NCBI GenBank assembly: GCA_050014495.1 | Contig: JBEKDF010000001.1 | Location: 1-64,000 of the forward strand | Source of the DNA: Candidatus Bathyarchaeia archaeon | GTDB taxonomy: Archaea; Thermoproteota; Bathyarchaeia; TCS64 | Reading direction: 5' to 3' | Length of the DNA: 64,000 nucleotides | Shown here: in pieces, positions 1 to 10,075 of the stretch | How the letters are laid out: every line of letters begins with the position of its first letter | Position numbering within the stretch: position 1 is the first letter of the stretch | Program-made: the position numbers and the translations under genes | The notes under the pieces: model-generated | What the model saw: the letters and a program-made list of their open reading frames with translations, nothing else | Database searches by the model: none | Told to the model about the DNA's origin: nothing

Positions 1-604
1 TCCATAGAAGTATGCGTATCCAGTCTAGGTCGAGTGAGTCAAGCACACGCTCAACGTTCAACCTACACTCAAGGAAGAGTTATGCGATGTATTATTTAAT
101 TTCTAAACAGCCTTGCGCGCGCCGCACGCAATTACAGTATCTGTATGCACTAGCATTTAGTTACAACGCGCGCGACATGAGAGCGTTAAGAACCGGGAAA
201 AGACTTCGATACTCGTAGTACTTTTATGCATTTTTTCTTTAAATGTTAGACGCAATTCGGTAAAATATACAACTTAAATCGAGCTCCTAGGGTAATAAAA
301 TAAGTTACCTCAGTAATTCAATTAAAACACTTACTTCGCTGCATAACAGTGGAAGAAAAACTTACATATTGAACTATTTTATAATAAGCTTGACATTTTG
401 TAGACGCTTATCCTAGTATGGTTATAGCAATTATCCAACAAGAGTATATGTGCACGCGCATAAAGTGATTGTATGACCAATAAGATTCTCCAGATAAACA
501 TGAAGAATGAAAAGACTATGAATAAATTAATTCTAACTGTAGTTATCTCGATACTAGTTCTCTCTCCTCTAAACGCGCGCAATTTGCTTGTTGGTGAATA
601 AAAG

Positions 605-907
605 TTGATGGACAACAACTTGTACAATCTTATGGAACAGTTGATTATAGAGAGTAGAAGTCTTTGGAGGATAAAGAATGAGTACAAAAGGAATGCTCAA
701 GAAGATACAAGCAGCGTCTGGAGTATCGTGCGCCCACGCTATACTCCAGATTGCCCAGCTTGCACAGCCTTTTGGGTGGAGTTAGAGAAGCAGAAGGAGG
801 AGAATATCAGGAAGCTCGAATCATTGATACGGGACCGCATGAATGAGCTTGAGGTGAAATCAAGTGACATTTCAACGAATTCTAAACTCTATAATGTAGC
901 GAAATAA
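605..907 (+). CDS. Small helical hypothetical protein, possibly ferritin-like, with CxxC
   Basis: 100-aa ORF with helical pattern (NNLYNLMEQL..ESRSLWRIK..Y; CPACTAFW.ELEKQKEE); flanked by CG tracts at 573-581 and 929-937. Confidence 0.55.
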   Translation: MMDNNLYNLMEQLIIESRSLWRIKNEYKRNAQEDTSSVWSIVRPRYTPDCPACTAFWVELEKQKEENIRKLESLIRDRMNELEVKSSDISTNSKLYNVAK

Positions 908-1097
908 CGTCCATCGGATTGAGATGTTCGCGCGCGCAGACTGGAGCAAAGCTAAGTCAACCATTTACAAGATAACTGACTTAGTATCAGGTGGAACTGA
1001 GGATAAGGCTATTGAGTGGGTTTGGGGGATAAGAGTAATCCTGTAAGACACGTTCTCTAGATCGATCTCATGCGCGTTCTTTAGCTGTCTCAGTCTG

Positions 1098-4000
1098 TTA
1101 AGTTATAATGTGTAGAGTTTCTCCTACTCGGTTTATTCTATTAGACTCTAGTAGTTTCTCAAGCTCCGTTTCGAGTATTCGATTGGTTTTCGGTGTCTGC
1201 CTGGCTCTGAAGAAGTTCGCGGTTTCCTGAATGAGCGATTCTTGGCTCAGACCCATGGAGTGACTGAGAACGTGCAGCATTGTTGTTTCTATCTCCTCCG
1301 AGGATATGTATTCGATCGGTCTTATCTCCGCTTGGGGCTCATTGAGGGGTACCCTGACCTTGACGGTTGTAACTCCATTAGGCCAGAGGAATTCTCCGCG
1401 TCTCTCAAATCTGCCTTTTTTAGCCATCTCCTCAATAGTCGCCCAGTAAGCTTTGTGGAAAGCAGGGGGTGTCGGCCTCAGGTTCATGGCTTTGTTTAGT
1501 CTTTTGAAGGCGTATTCTTTGTGTATAGGCCCTTCTGTGCGGACCAGCTTGGGTATTAGGTTTCTGACTTCTAGGCGGTAGAGATTAAGGTAGAGTTGCT
1601 TCTGGTTTGAGGGGATATTGTTGAAGGTTTGGCTGGGTTCTAGGGATGCCCTCCGATAGGGCTCCGACCCGGGGAGTTCGTCGCTTCTTCTCTCGGTTAC
1701 TTTTTCATGCTCAAGGCTTCTTTTTTTTTGAGTTGTTCTTTGAAACTGTGGATTTTCATGGTGTTTTTCGTAGGTTTCAGCTCGCTTGAGTGCTTGTGCG
1801 AGGCGCTCCATCTCTGTTGATCGCCTATGCACCCACTCTGGGGACCAGATTCTGTGGAGGTTCCAGCCCATTCCCTCGAGTACCTGGGCTCTGAGTCTGT
1901 CCCTGTCCCTCGCTGTGGGTGTTGACCGGTAGCCCTCTCCATCGAGAATGATGCCGAGTATGAACCTGTCTAGGTTCTCTGGGGTCTTGACTCCGATGTC
2001 TACCCTAAGTGAGCTTTCCCCGACCTGCGGGACTGCTATGTAACCGAGTCTGCGGATCTCTTCTGTGACCTCTTTCTGTATTTCTGATTGTGTTACTGCC
2101 TCTTCTTCCGGCTTCTCTTGGTTGGATGCCTGTTCCGCGTAGGTCAGGTAATTGTGTAGACACTTAACGCCAAGGGATTTGGTTGAGGATAGGTCGATGT
2201 CACTTGACTTAATGGAGCTGACGAGTATGACCTTCTCGCGGGCACGGGTTACAGCGACATTCAGCCTGCGCTCTCCGCCCTCCATGTTCAGCGGGCCGAA
2301 GTTCATAGTCATTGTGCCTCCTTTGTCATAGCCGTATCCAACGCTGATCACCATGACATCTCTCTCGTCACCCTGGACGTTCTCCAGGTTCTTGACGAAG
2401 AAGCCTCGGAGGCGGTCCTCCTGCAGTAGCTTTTCATACTCGGTGTTCTCAGTTAGGCGGGCCTCGATTTCATCTTTCACGGTGTTCATCTGGCTGATGC
2501 TGAAGGTCATGACGCCCAGGGATTTCTCCGGGTGCTCTGTGAGGTGTTTGAACACGATGTCAGCCACAACTTCAGCTTCCCTCGAGTTATTGCGGGCACC
2601 TCCCCGGTCGTAGACTCCGTCTGGTACGTAGGTGAACGCTATCCCGAGCTCGCCCCCCATATTGGTGGCGGAGGGGAAGACAACGAGTTTGTTGTCGTAG
2701 AACTCCTTGTTTGAGAACGCTATTAGAGAGTCGTGCTTGCTCCTGTAGTGCCAGCGTAGCATGCTGACTGGGAGTCCCATGCCCATGCACTCGTCCAGTA
2801 CGCTATCGTAGACACCTACTTCATCGGTTGCCTCCTCCCACTCGGCGTCGTTTTCGGCGATATACTGGAAGAATGGTGTAGGGGGTAGCTGCTTGTTATC
2901 CCCTGCCACTATCAGTGTGTCGCCCCTGTATATGGATCCCACCGCGTCCTCGGTGAAGATCTGTGAGGCCTCGTCGAAGACAACTAGGTCGAAGTGTAGC
3001 CGCCCCGGTAGAATGAATTGGCTCACGGAGATGGGGCTCATCAGGAGGCAGGGTTTCAGCTTCCGAATGAGGTTGGGTATCCTGTTGAATAGGTGGCGGA
3101 GCGGCATCTGCCTCCTCTTCTTTGCGGCCTCCTTGAGTAGGATGGTTATCTCAGAATCCGGAGCTTCTACGAAGACTCCCTGAGGTTTTTTTGCGTTGGC
3201 TGACTCTATGACCTTCTTAGGCGACTTCTCTATTAGTGCAGCGTCGAGAGATCTGAAGTCGTCGACGGCCTGGTCATGGTCCCTCGCCCTGAAGGAGCTT
3301 AGGGTTGAGTCCTCCTCCATGAAGTGGTTGAGGAGTCCATTGTAGATGGATTTCCTGTATATGTCGATTAGAAGCTCTCTGCGGTATCTCTTCTCAACGA
3401 GCTCTTTGACTAGGCTCCCCAGTCCCTCCTCTCTGAGTGTCGAGGTTGACTTGTTGTAATCCACCCATGCTTGCAGGTCATCTATTCTTTGGGCGAGTCT
3501 CTCCGAGACAAGTAGGACCTCGTCGACGCTGAGGCTTTGAGGTCGTTTTCTCCAGAGTGGACTGCTGAATCTTGAGTTCAGCTCATCGATGTGATGGTAT
3601 ATCTGTTGGAGGCACTTCTCGGTTTCAAGTTTCAGTCTTTCGAGGGAAGGGTCGGTGGCGAAGCTGATGACCTCCGACGTCGGCTTTGGTGGCAGGGCCT
3701 TGAGGAGGCTGCGTGTCCATTCTATTGCTGCGATTACATTCAACCAGTCGGTGGAGATACCTTGGTAGAGTCCTCCAAATTTATTCTTTAGTTGTGGAGA
3801 CTGTTCGGGCTCAGTCTCCTCGAAGACTTGAAGCCTCTCAGTCTTCCTGATGTCTGAGAGGAGCCGTGTGAGAGTCTTGGGGGGATCTGTTTTCGCTGTA
3901 AGTAGGGCTGGCTTAATAGCTTCGTGGAGGGAATCTAATCTCTTGTTGAGCTCAGCGGCCCAATCTTTCACCTCACTCAGCTGGAGGTTCACGATCTTGG

Positions 4001-6635
4001 TTTCGTCACCTAGGAGATTCTCCGGGAGGATAACACGCAAAGGTCTCTGGGCTACTCTCCAGCTCTGCAGTGAATCACTTAGGCTTCGGGATTGGCTTCG
4101 GAGTTCATCGCTCGGCTTCGTGGAAACACACAGGTTGTCTCTAAGCAGCTTAGGGGCCCTAGAGGCACCTATTAGGCGAAGAGTCTCCCTCGCCGTCTTC
4201 ATGGCTTCCCCCGCTGCTTCCAAACCGAAGCTCCCCTCCCTGTAGTAAGACCCAAGTCTGCTTCGAGCCTCATCCTGCTCGGATGCTATTGTTTTCGTCA
4301 GCTCCTTCAGCTCTGACGCCAATCCGAGATCCTGTATGATAGTGGCTGGGATCTCGCCGTTCCTTGTCACTTTCGATATTTCATTCCTGAATTTGTAGTA
4401 GCTAGGCCTCAGATACCGAAGAGGGGAGGACCCTGGCCCTTCAAAGTAAGTTATCAGGGTCTGCAGGTCCAGGGCTATGACTTCGTCTCTGTAAGCGGCT
4501 AGTTTTGCCTTGAGTTCGTCCCTTCTTCCATATTCAGTCTTAGCCTTATCTAGGTATTTCTCAGCCTGTTCGAGGCTCATTTTATCAAGCCAACTTCTTT
4601 CGGGTTTGTTAGTGGCTTCGCAGAGCTGAGCGATGCGCTGGATTCGTTTTGCATTGTTTATTGTTGGTAGATCAGTGAATAGTCCGAGGATCTCCGAGAT
4701 CTTCTCGGTTAGCTCCTCCCATTCATCAGTGTCCCTGATTGTCTGATCTAGGAATTTACTTAGGTCGTCTAGGAGTCTTAGGAGACCCCTGTCACCCTTG
4801 ATGTTGGGCTTGAGAAGCTCGGCAGCCTTTTTCCAAGTCTCCTCGACTCTGTCGGCAGTACCTCTTGGGAGGACCCTGAACCTGTTGTCGTACCTGCTTT
4901 CAAGGTCGGTTCGTGTGGTCCAGTACTCGTCCCACGCCAGCCTATGCGCTTCAGCCTCCATCTGGACCTCGGTGAGGTTCTCGTCTTGGAGCCATCTCGA
5001 CGGGGGATAGGGTGTGACTTCGATAATGTTTGCTAATTTCTGGGTCGCATAGTAGTCATCAAGGCTCTTAGGGGCTCCGAGCCTGAGCTTTTCGCAATAG
5101 TCGTGTGTCTCGGAATAGAGTCGTTTGATTGAGTCGATTAGTGTAGTGAGATGGTTGGTCCACTCGGTGCGGACCTCCGTCGTATATGTCGTGGAGGTGC
5201 ACCCTTTCCAGGGGAAGGATGTGTCCTCCTCTATGACGATCCAAGAGTTCTGGAGGTGCCTCATCTGCTCCTCGAGGTTGAAGATGATCTTCTGGTCGAG
5301 TGTGTTGAAGCTCAGGTAGCCAGAGGGGATGTCTGGGATCGACTCGAGCCTGGAGATCTCATTAAGGAGATTGAAGGCGCTTGTGTTTGATGGTTGCCTA
5401 GTCTTGTGAAGGGATTCAACATAGGTGTTTAACTGAGTTCTCCTGTGCTTCAGCTGATCTATCTCGTCCTCACTCATCCCCTTGCCGGGTTTTAGGTGCT
5501 CAGTGAGAGATCTGCTTAGCTCATTGATAACCTCGCGCTTATTTGCCTTGTAGCTGTGGAGTTCGAGGCAGTACTCGTCGAGATCTTTTTCCTTCAGGCG
5601 GTTGTAAACTACCTCGAGGGCTGCCATCTTCTCGCTGACAAATAGGACGCTTCTGCCGGCGGCAATGTATTCGGATATTATGTTGGCTATTGTCTGACTT
5701 TTCCCTGTTCCCGGTGGGCCGTGCATCACGTAGGATTGTCCCCGGAGTGCATACTGTATGCAGAGTTGTTGACTGCTGTCGGCGTCGAGGATCTGATAAG
5801 TCTTGCTGGGGTCTACGAAGGTGTCCAAGTCCTCCCCCTTAGGTAGGCCGCTCTGGATTAGTCCCTCAACAGGTACACCTGCTAGGGCTCTCAGGAGGGG
5901 GTGTTCGATGATGTGGTTTAGATTATCCGTCAGATCCTGGTAGATCGCGAGCTTAGCGAAGCTAAATAGTCCGAGGTAGACGGTGGGTTCAACTGTCCAA
6001 CCAAGTTCCTTAACGACTCCTAAGACAGCTGCCAGGTAACTTGATGGCGCTTCTTCCTCTTCCTCCGGAAGGGTAGGGAGGTTAACACCGTGCTCGTACT
6101 TCAACTTTAACATTAGGGCTGGGTTAACGAGTACAACATCCTCTACTGGCGGTACCTTGATTTGATACGGCTCATGCGTCGAGTCTCTAGTGAGTTCCAC
6201 AGGGGTCAGAAGCAGGGGAGATGTGACTTCCTGCTTAGTATCCTTCTCTGTCCACCTCAACTGCCCCAATGTCACGTATAGAACCCTAATTCCTCTTTCC
6301 GTGTACTCAGATTGGGAGCGTCGACTCATGTTTCTCAGGGTTCTGTCGAGCTGGTTTGGATCTGACCATCCCAGTGTTATCTCAGTGCTCTTCGGCGCTC
6401 TCATCTTAGGCGGTGTCTCGCCTGGCTTCGTTAAGGGGGGCTGGTGGATCTCCCAGCTTCTACCCCTTGTGACGAGTCGACTGTACACGGTCTCCATGTC
6501 GGGTGAGGCTATCGTGAGGTGTGAAGTCTTGGTTGGTTGGAAGTAGATTGCCCTATTTCTCTTGGTGAGGTCGATTAGGCGGAGCTTCCAGTCCTCTACG
6601 CGTTTGGTTACTCTGAGAGATTCTGGAGATTCCAA
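1098..6635 (-). CDS. DUF4011 - SF1 (UPF1-like) helicase - Vsr/REase-like - DUF3320 multidomain protein (Hhe-type defence candidate)
   Basis: N-term WKLRLIDLTKRNR (DUF4011-like); ADSSQ Q-motif; Walker A HGPPGTGKSQT; FDEASQ; GDNKQLPP; WHYRS; VQGDERD; RLNVAVTRAR; C-term RDRDRLR..VLEGMGW..HRIWS endonuclease-like domain; TTG start. Confidence 0.85.
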   Translation of the reverse strand: MESPESLRVTKRVEDWKLRLIDLTKRNRAIYFQPTKTSHLTIASPDMETVYSRLVTRGRSWEIHQPPLTKPGETPPKMRAPKSTEITLGWSDPNQLDRTLRNMSRRSQSEYTERGIRVLYVTLGQLRWTEKDTKQEVTSPLLLTPVELTRDSTHEPYQIKVPPVEDVVLVNPALMLKLKYEHGVNLPTLPEEEEEAPSSYLAAVLGVVKELGWTVEPTVYLGLFSFAKLAIYQDLTDNLNHIIEHPLLRALAGVPVEGLIQSGLPKGEDLDTFVDPSKTYQILDADSSQQLCIQYALRGQSYVMHGPPGTGKSQTIANIISEYIAAGRSVLFVSEKMAALEVVYNRLKEKDLDEYCLELHSYKANKREVINELSRSLTEHLKPGKGMSEDEIDQLKHRRTQLNTYVESLHKTRQPSNTSAFNLLNEISRLESIPDIPSGYLSFNTLDQKIIFNLEEQMRHLQNSWIVIEEDTSFPWKGCTSTTYTTEVRTEWTNHLTTLIDSIKRLYSETHDYCEKLRLGAPKSLDDYYATQKLANIIEVTPYPPSRWLQDENLTEVQMEAEAHRLAWDEYWTTRTDLESRYDNRFRVLPRGTADRVEETWKKAAELLKPNIKGDRGLLRLLDDLSKFLDQTIRDTDEWEELTEKISEILGLFTDLPTINNAKRIQRIAQLCEATNKPERSWLDKMSLEQAEKYLDKAKTEYGRRDELKAKLAAYRDEVIALDLQTLITYFEGPGSSPLRYLRPSYYKFRNEISKVTRNGEIPATIIQDLGLASELKELTKTIASEQDEARSRLGSYYREGSFGLEAAGEAMKTARETLRLIGASRAPKLLRDNLCVSTKPSDELRSQSRSLSDSLQSWRVAQRPLRVILPENLLGDETKIVNLQLSEVKDWAAELNKRLDSLHEAIKPALLTAKTDPPKTLTRLLSDIRKTERLQVFEETEPEQSPQLKNKFGGLYQGISTDWLNVIAAIEWTRSLLKALPPKPTSEVISFATDPSLERLKLETEKCLQQIYHHIDELNSRFSSPLWRKRPQSLSVDEVLLVSERLAQRIDDLQAWVDYNKSTSTLREEGLGSLVKELVEKRYRRELLIDIYRKSIYNGLLNHFMEEDSTLSSFRARDHDQAVDDFRSLDAALIEKSPKKVIESANAKKPQGVFVEAPDSEITILLKEAAKKRRQMPLRHLFNRIPNLIRKLKPCLLMSPISVSQFILPGRLHFDLVVFDEASQIFTEDAVGSIYRGDTLIVAGDNKQLPPTPFFQYIAENDAEWEEATDEVGVYDSVLDECMGMGLPVSMLRWHYRSKHDSLIAFSNKEFYDNKLVVFPSATNMGGELGIAFTYVPDGVYDRGGARNNSREAEVVADIVFKHLTEHPEKSLGVMTFSISQMNTVKDEIEARLTENTEYEKLLQEDRLRGFFVKNLENVQGDERDVMVISVGYGYDKGGTMTMNFGPLNMEGGERRLNVAVTRAREKVILVSSIKSSDIDLSSTKSLGVKCLHNYLTYAEQASNQEKPEEEAVTQSEIQKEVTEEIRRLGYIAVPQVGESSLRVDIGVKTPENLDRFILGIILDGEGYRSTPTARDRDRLRAQVLEGMGWNLHRIWSPEWVHRRSTEMERLAQALKRAETYEKHHENPQFQRTTQKKRSLEHEKVTERRSDELPGSEPYRRASLEPSQTFNNIPSNQKQLYLNLYRLEVRNLIPKLVRTEGPIHKEYAFKRLNKAMNLRPTPPAFHKAYWATIEEMAKKGRFERRGEFLWPNGVTTVKVRVPLNEPQAEIRPIEYISSEEIETTMLHVLSHSMGLSQESLIQETANFFRARQTPKTNRILETELEKLLESNRINRVGETLHIIT

Positions 6636-6758
6636 GACAACCGTCCCTATTTGAACGGAATAGTTACTCTCATCGAATAAGACTTTATTCAGTTCATTTA
6701 TGCGTTCAAGTTTTATTCGTGCGCGTGAGAATCACAAATCTTTCTCTGAAGGTTGAAC

Positions 6759-7223
6759 CTAGCTTTTTAGAAAATCGAATGCGCCTTTTCTTAAATTAAT
6801 TCCATATTCTAGGTACGCTTTGAGACATGCCAAGAAGTTGGCCCAACCCTCCGTGTTTCCCATCAGCCACTTTACGCCTGCCTCATCATTCTCCCTACCT
6901 TTCTCGGTAATGGTCACCAGGGTTGAGTCACTGTCTCTTGGGGTTAGTGTCATCTCTACCAGTAGTTCTTTGCCGTCAACTTCCCAGTAATAGGAAATGT
7001 ATTTGTTAAGCTCTATTTTTCCGACGCGGATAGGGAAATCCATGTCAAACTCGGGGAAACGCCAAATAATCCGCTTGCCTTCCTCCATTTTTCCGCTGCT
7101 TTTTGATATAAAGTAGCTAGACATCTTTTTAGGGTCAACTATAGCTTCGAATACATCCCGAGTAGGTTTCAGTATTTGGAGTGCCACTTTTATTTCGAGG
7201 GTTTGATTTTTCAGGTAGTCCAC
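6759..7223 (-). CDS. SRPBCC/AHSA1 (START-like) domain protein
   Basis: VFEAIVDP..MSSYF and GW..FL..LKAYLE motifs. Confidence 0.8.
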   Translation of the reverse strand: MDYLKNQTLEIKVALQILKPTRDVFEAIVDPKKMSSYFISKSSGKMEEGKRIIWRFPEFDMDFPIRVGKIELNKYISYYWEVDGKELLVEMTLTPRDSDSTLVTITEKGRENDEAGVKWLMGNTEGWANFLACLKAYLEYGINLRKGAFDFLKS

Positions 7224-7268
7224 CTCATTTGATCATTTTGATTCGCACATAATCTTTATTCATTTATG

Positions 7269-7619
7269 TCATTTTGATTTTATAGTATATTTGAGACCCA
7301 AAGGAGTGAGGGCCTCATCAACCCTCTTTCTTAGCATATCTAATTCCTCCTTCTTGGGTTTGGTGAACCATTCGTAGACGAAATCGTACCCGTCAAGTTT
7401 TACTCCAGATTTACTTACTATGGTGGCGCAGCGCCTCTCCGCTTCCTCACCTTCTACCCCGAAGTATTCTAATGCACCTGTCATGGTGTTCAGTAAAGGC
7501 TTAGCAGACTGAATGTAGGTGTTCATTATGCATATCTTGGGCATATTAAAAGCGAGTTTTTCCAAGGCTTTCACGCCTTCTTTGACGGCCTCCCCTTCAA
7601 TCTTTATATAACTCTTCAT
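7269..7619 (-). CDS. Hypothetical protein
   Basis: 116-aa ATG-start ORF with normal composition, co-oriented with neighbours. Confidence 0.6.
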   Translation of the reverse strand: MKSYIKIEGEAVKEGVKALEKLAFNMPKICIMNTYIQSAKPLLNTMTGALEYFGVEGEEAERRCATIVSKSGVKLDGYDFVYEWFTKPKKEELDMLRKRVDEALTPLGLKYTIKSK

Positions 7620-7777
7620 TTTCTTAGTCCCCGATTAAAGTTTAATTATCCGTGAATATAAATTCAGAAATTCGTGTGTAGGACATGGGCATAAAGGACA
7701 TCAAATCCCCAGGCAAGGGTGCACGCGCATTAATATTAAATAATTTAAAAATCTGGTAAGATATCACGCGCGCGTAG

Positions 7778-9418
7778 TTAACGCTTATCCCTCTCGCATA
7801 TGAGTTGGACCACGGATAGGATGCCAACGAATATTGCAATTGCATAAACTAACACTGTAATTTGTAATGACTCCACTGTCAACATGCTCTGTGTAGCGAG
7901 TACGACGAGACTCATTCCAACGACGATCGAAGCCATCACCAATCCGAGCAGAACTTTGTAGGATGCCCTGTCGATACTGTTCCCAAGTCGATCGAGGTCA
8001 TCATGTGCTATCTTTAATGTGAAGCTCCCAGTTGATAGTCGCTTTATAGCCATATTCACATTATTGGGCAGGTCCTTCGCATCCTGGAAGGCATAGAGTA
8101 AGTCAAACCCAGCCTTTCGTATATTCGCTTGGCTTAGGAGCCTACTATTAAACGACTCTGCGAGAAGGGGCTTGACCTCCGTGAGGAAATCAAACTCCGG
8201 GTAGAGTTTTGACCCATCGTCTTGAACCATACTGATAACTTTGATCATAAGCATCGCTACCATTGGGACCCTGAGTTTGTATTTTCTCAGGGTCTCGATG
8301 ACGTCTTCGAAGGCCCCGGCATCTTGTTGTATCGTTCTAGATTCCTCATTCTCTATCAGAGCGAGGTATAGGTCGTCCTTGAAAGCGTCGACCCACTGGT
8401 CCCGAACTCTGATACCAAGCGATGTAAAGACGTCGACGAGCCCATCGACATCCTTGTCAACGATGGCTATGACCATCTTGAGTAAGAGGTCTCTTTTCTC
8501 AGGTCGTAGCACACCCATTAGGCCGAAGTCGAGTATGGCAAGCTCCCCCTTAGGGGTGACGAGTAGGTTCCCCGGATGCGGGTCGCCGTGGAAGAAACCA
8601 TCCTCGAATATCATCTTCGCATAGACGCGGAAGCCGAGGAGGGCGATCGACTTTCTGTCAACGCCCATCCTATTTATCAATTCCAACTTATCGATGCGGA
8701 CCCCTTTCATATTCTCCATGACGAGAAGCCGCTCCCCCGAGTACTTCCAGTATATCTTGGGTATTTTGACACTGTCGATACTCCTCAGGTTCTTCGCAAG
8801 GAGATCCGCGTTCTTCCCGTCCCGGGTGAAGTCTAGCTCCGCCATTATCTGTCTAGCAAAGTCGGTCACCATAGCAGGAAAATTGAATAACTGCAGCTCC
8901 GAGGAAGACTTCTCCGCCCGGTCAGCGATTGTTTTGAGGATGTGGAGGTCTACTTCAATTATAGGTTTGATGCCTGGGCGCTGAACCTTGAGGACTACAA
9001 ACGTTCCATCCTTCAACTTTCCGTGGTGAGCCTGACTTAAGCTGGCTGCTGCGAAGGGGCGCTTGTTGAGGTAGACGAAGGCCACATCGATGGGACCGCA
9101 ATATTCTTCGATCGTTGGCTTAACCTTCTCCCATGACACAGGCTCGACCTTGTCGGTTAGCATCTTCAGCTCCTCAATCAATTCGGGTGATAAGAGTTCG
9201 CGGCGGGTGCTCATTATCTGGCCAAACTTGATGAATGTGGGCCCCAGTTCCTGGATCGCAAGTCGTAAACGCCTGCTTATGTCTAGTTTAGCGGTCTCGG
9301 TACTCTGTTTGTGGAGATGCAAATGTACACCTGGCAACAGATCTTCGACGGCTATCTCGAATCCGTATTTAACGAATATGGCTGAGATTTCTTCATACCG
9401 CTTGATTAATGAGACCAT
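7778..9418 (-). CDS. ABC1/UbiB (AarF) family atypical kinase with C-terminal TM helices
   Basis: LGPTFIKFGQ, AAASLSQ, VLKVQRP, HGDPHPGN, LDFG motifs; two hydrophobic C-terminal segments. Confidence 0.9.
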   Translation of the reverse strand: MVSLIKRYEEISAIFVKYGFEIAVEDLLPGVHLHLHKQSTETAKLDISRRLRLAIQELGPTFIKFGQIMSTRRELLSPELIEELKMLTDKVEPVSWEKVKPTIEEYCGPIDVAFVYLNKRPFAAASLSQAHHGKLKDGTFVVLKVQRPGIKPIIEVDLHILKTIADRAEKSSSELQLFNFPAMVTDFARQIMAELDFTRDGKNADLLAKNLRSIDSVKIPKIYWKYSGERLLVMENMKGVRIDKLELINRMGVDRKSIALLGFRVYAKMIFEDGFFHGDPHPGNLLVTPKGELAILDFGLMGVLRPEKRDLLLKMVIAIVDKDVDGLVDVFTSLGIRVRDQWVDAFKDDLYLALIENEESRTIQQDAGAFEDVIETLRKYKLRVPMVAMLMIKVISMVQDDGSKLYPEFDFLTEVKPLLAESFNSRLLSQANIRKAGFDLLYAFQDAKDLPNNVNMAIKRLSTGSFTLKIAHDDLDRLGNSIDRASYKVLLGLVMASIVVGMSLVVLATQSMLTVESLQITVLVYAIAIFVGILSVVQLICERDKR

Positions 9419-9559
9419 TAAAGATTACTTCGACGAACTAGAATTAAAGAAACACTTATCAGAGCTGTATGTCACACGCGCGAGGTGAACGCACTTTTAA
9501 AAAAAAATTCATAGAACTCTTTAATTGTATGGCAACAAATTTTAGTATTGTGATTTTAG

Positions 9560-9877
9560 TTGCTTAAATGTCCTAATTGTGATTCTGAGATCCCTGACGA
9601 TTCAGTTTACTGCAAGAATTGTGGCACTCGTCAAGGAAAATTTGCCACCGAGGAGTTCTCAGTGGTGGCCAACGATGTCATGAAGAGAGTTGAGGAACTA
9701 CTTCACGAGGGAAACATAACAAGAATCGTGGTCAAGGATGAAAATGGGAAACAGCTGATTGAGATCCCAGCAACCGTAGGCGTCGTTGGCGCAATCATCG
9801 CCCCATGGATGGCTGCACTCGGAGTCATCGCCGCGATTGCGACGAGATGCACCATAGTCGTCGAGAAGATAGTATGA
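9560..9877 (+). CDS. Zinc-ribbon + DUF4342 domain protein
   Basis: CPNC..YCKNCG ribbon followed by VEELLHEGNITRIVVK..LIEIP.TVG. Confidence 0.8.
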   Translation: MLKCPNCDSEIPDDSVYCKNCGTRQGKFATEEFSVVANDVMKRVEELLHEGNITRIVVKDENGKQLIEIPATVGVVGAIIAPWMAALGVIAAIATRCTIVVEKIV

Positions 9878-10075
9878 CTCAGTCGAATACTGGCCAGTTC
9901 CTATTTTGATGTAAAATAGTTTTTGCCTGCGCTGCGGTGGTTCGATGCTCATCTAGGGGATTATTTGTTATTAGGTATGTGTACGCGGAACTTATCACCG
10001 ATTGTTCGTGGACTTGGGTAGGTTAACACGCGCGATCGGTACGCTTGAGTGATGTCATTTGTTAATTGAGACCAC

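Noticed and set aside
12..687. ORFs 12-218 (+) and 379-687 (-)
   Set aside because: AT-rich, interrupted by CG tracts, no motifs; the second overlaps the better-supported 605-907 ORF
1242..6546. Many 60-130 aa ORFs overlapping the helicase (and similar ones inside other long genes)
   Set aside because: Antisense or alternate-frame shadows of well-supported CDSs with no recognisable motifs
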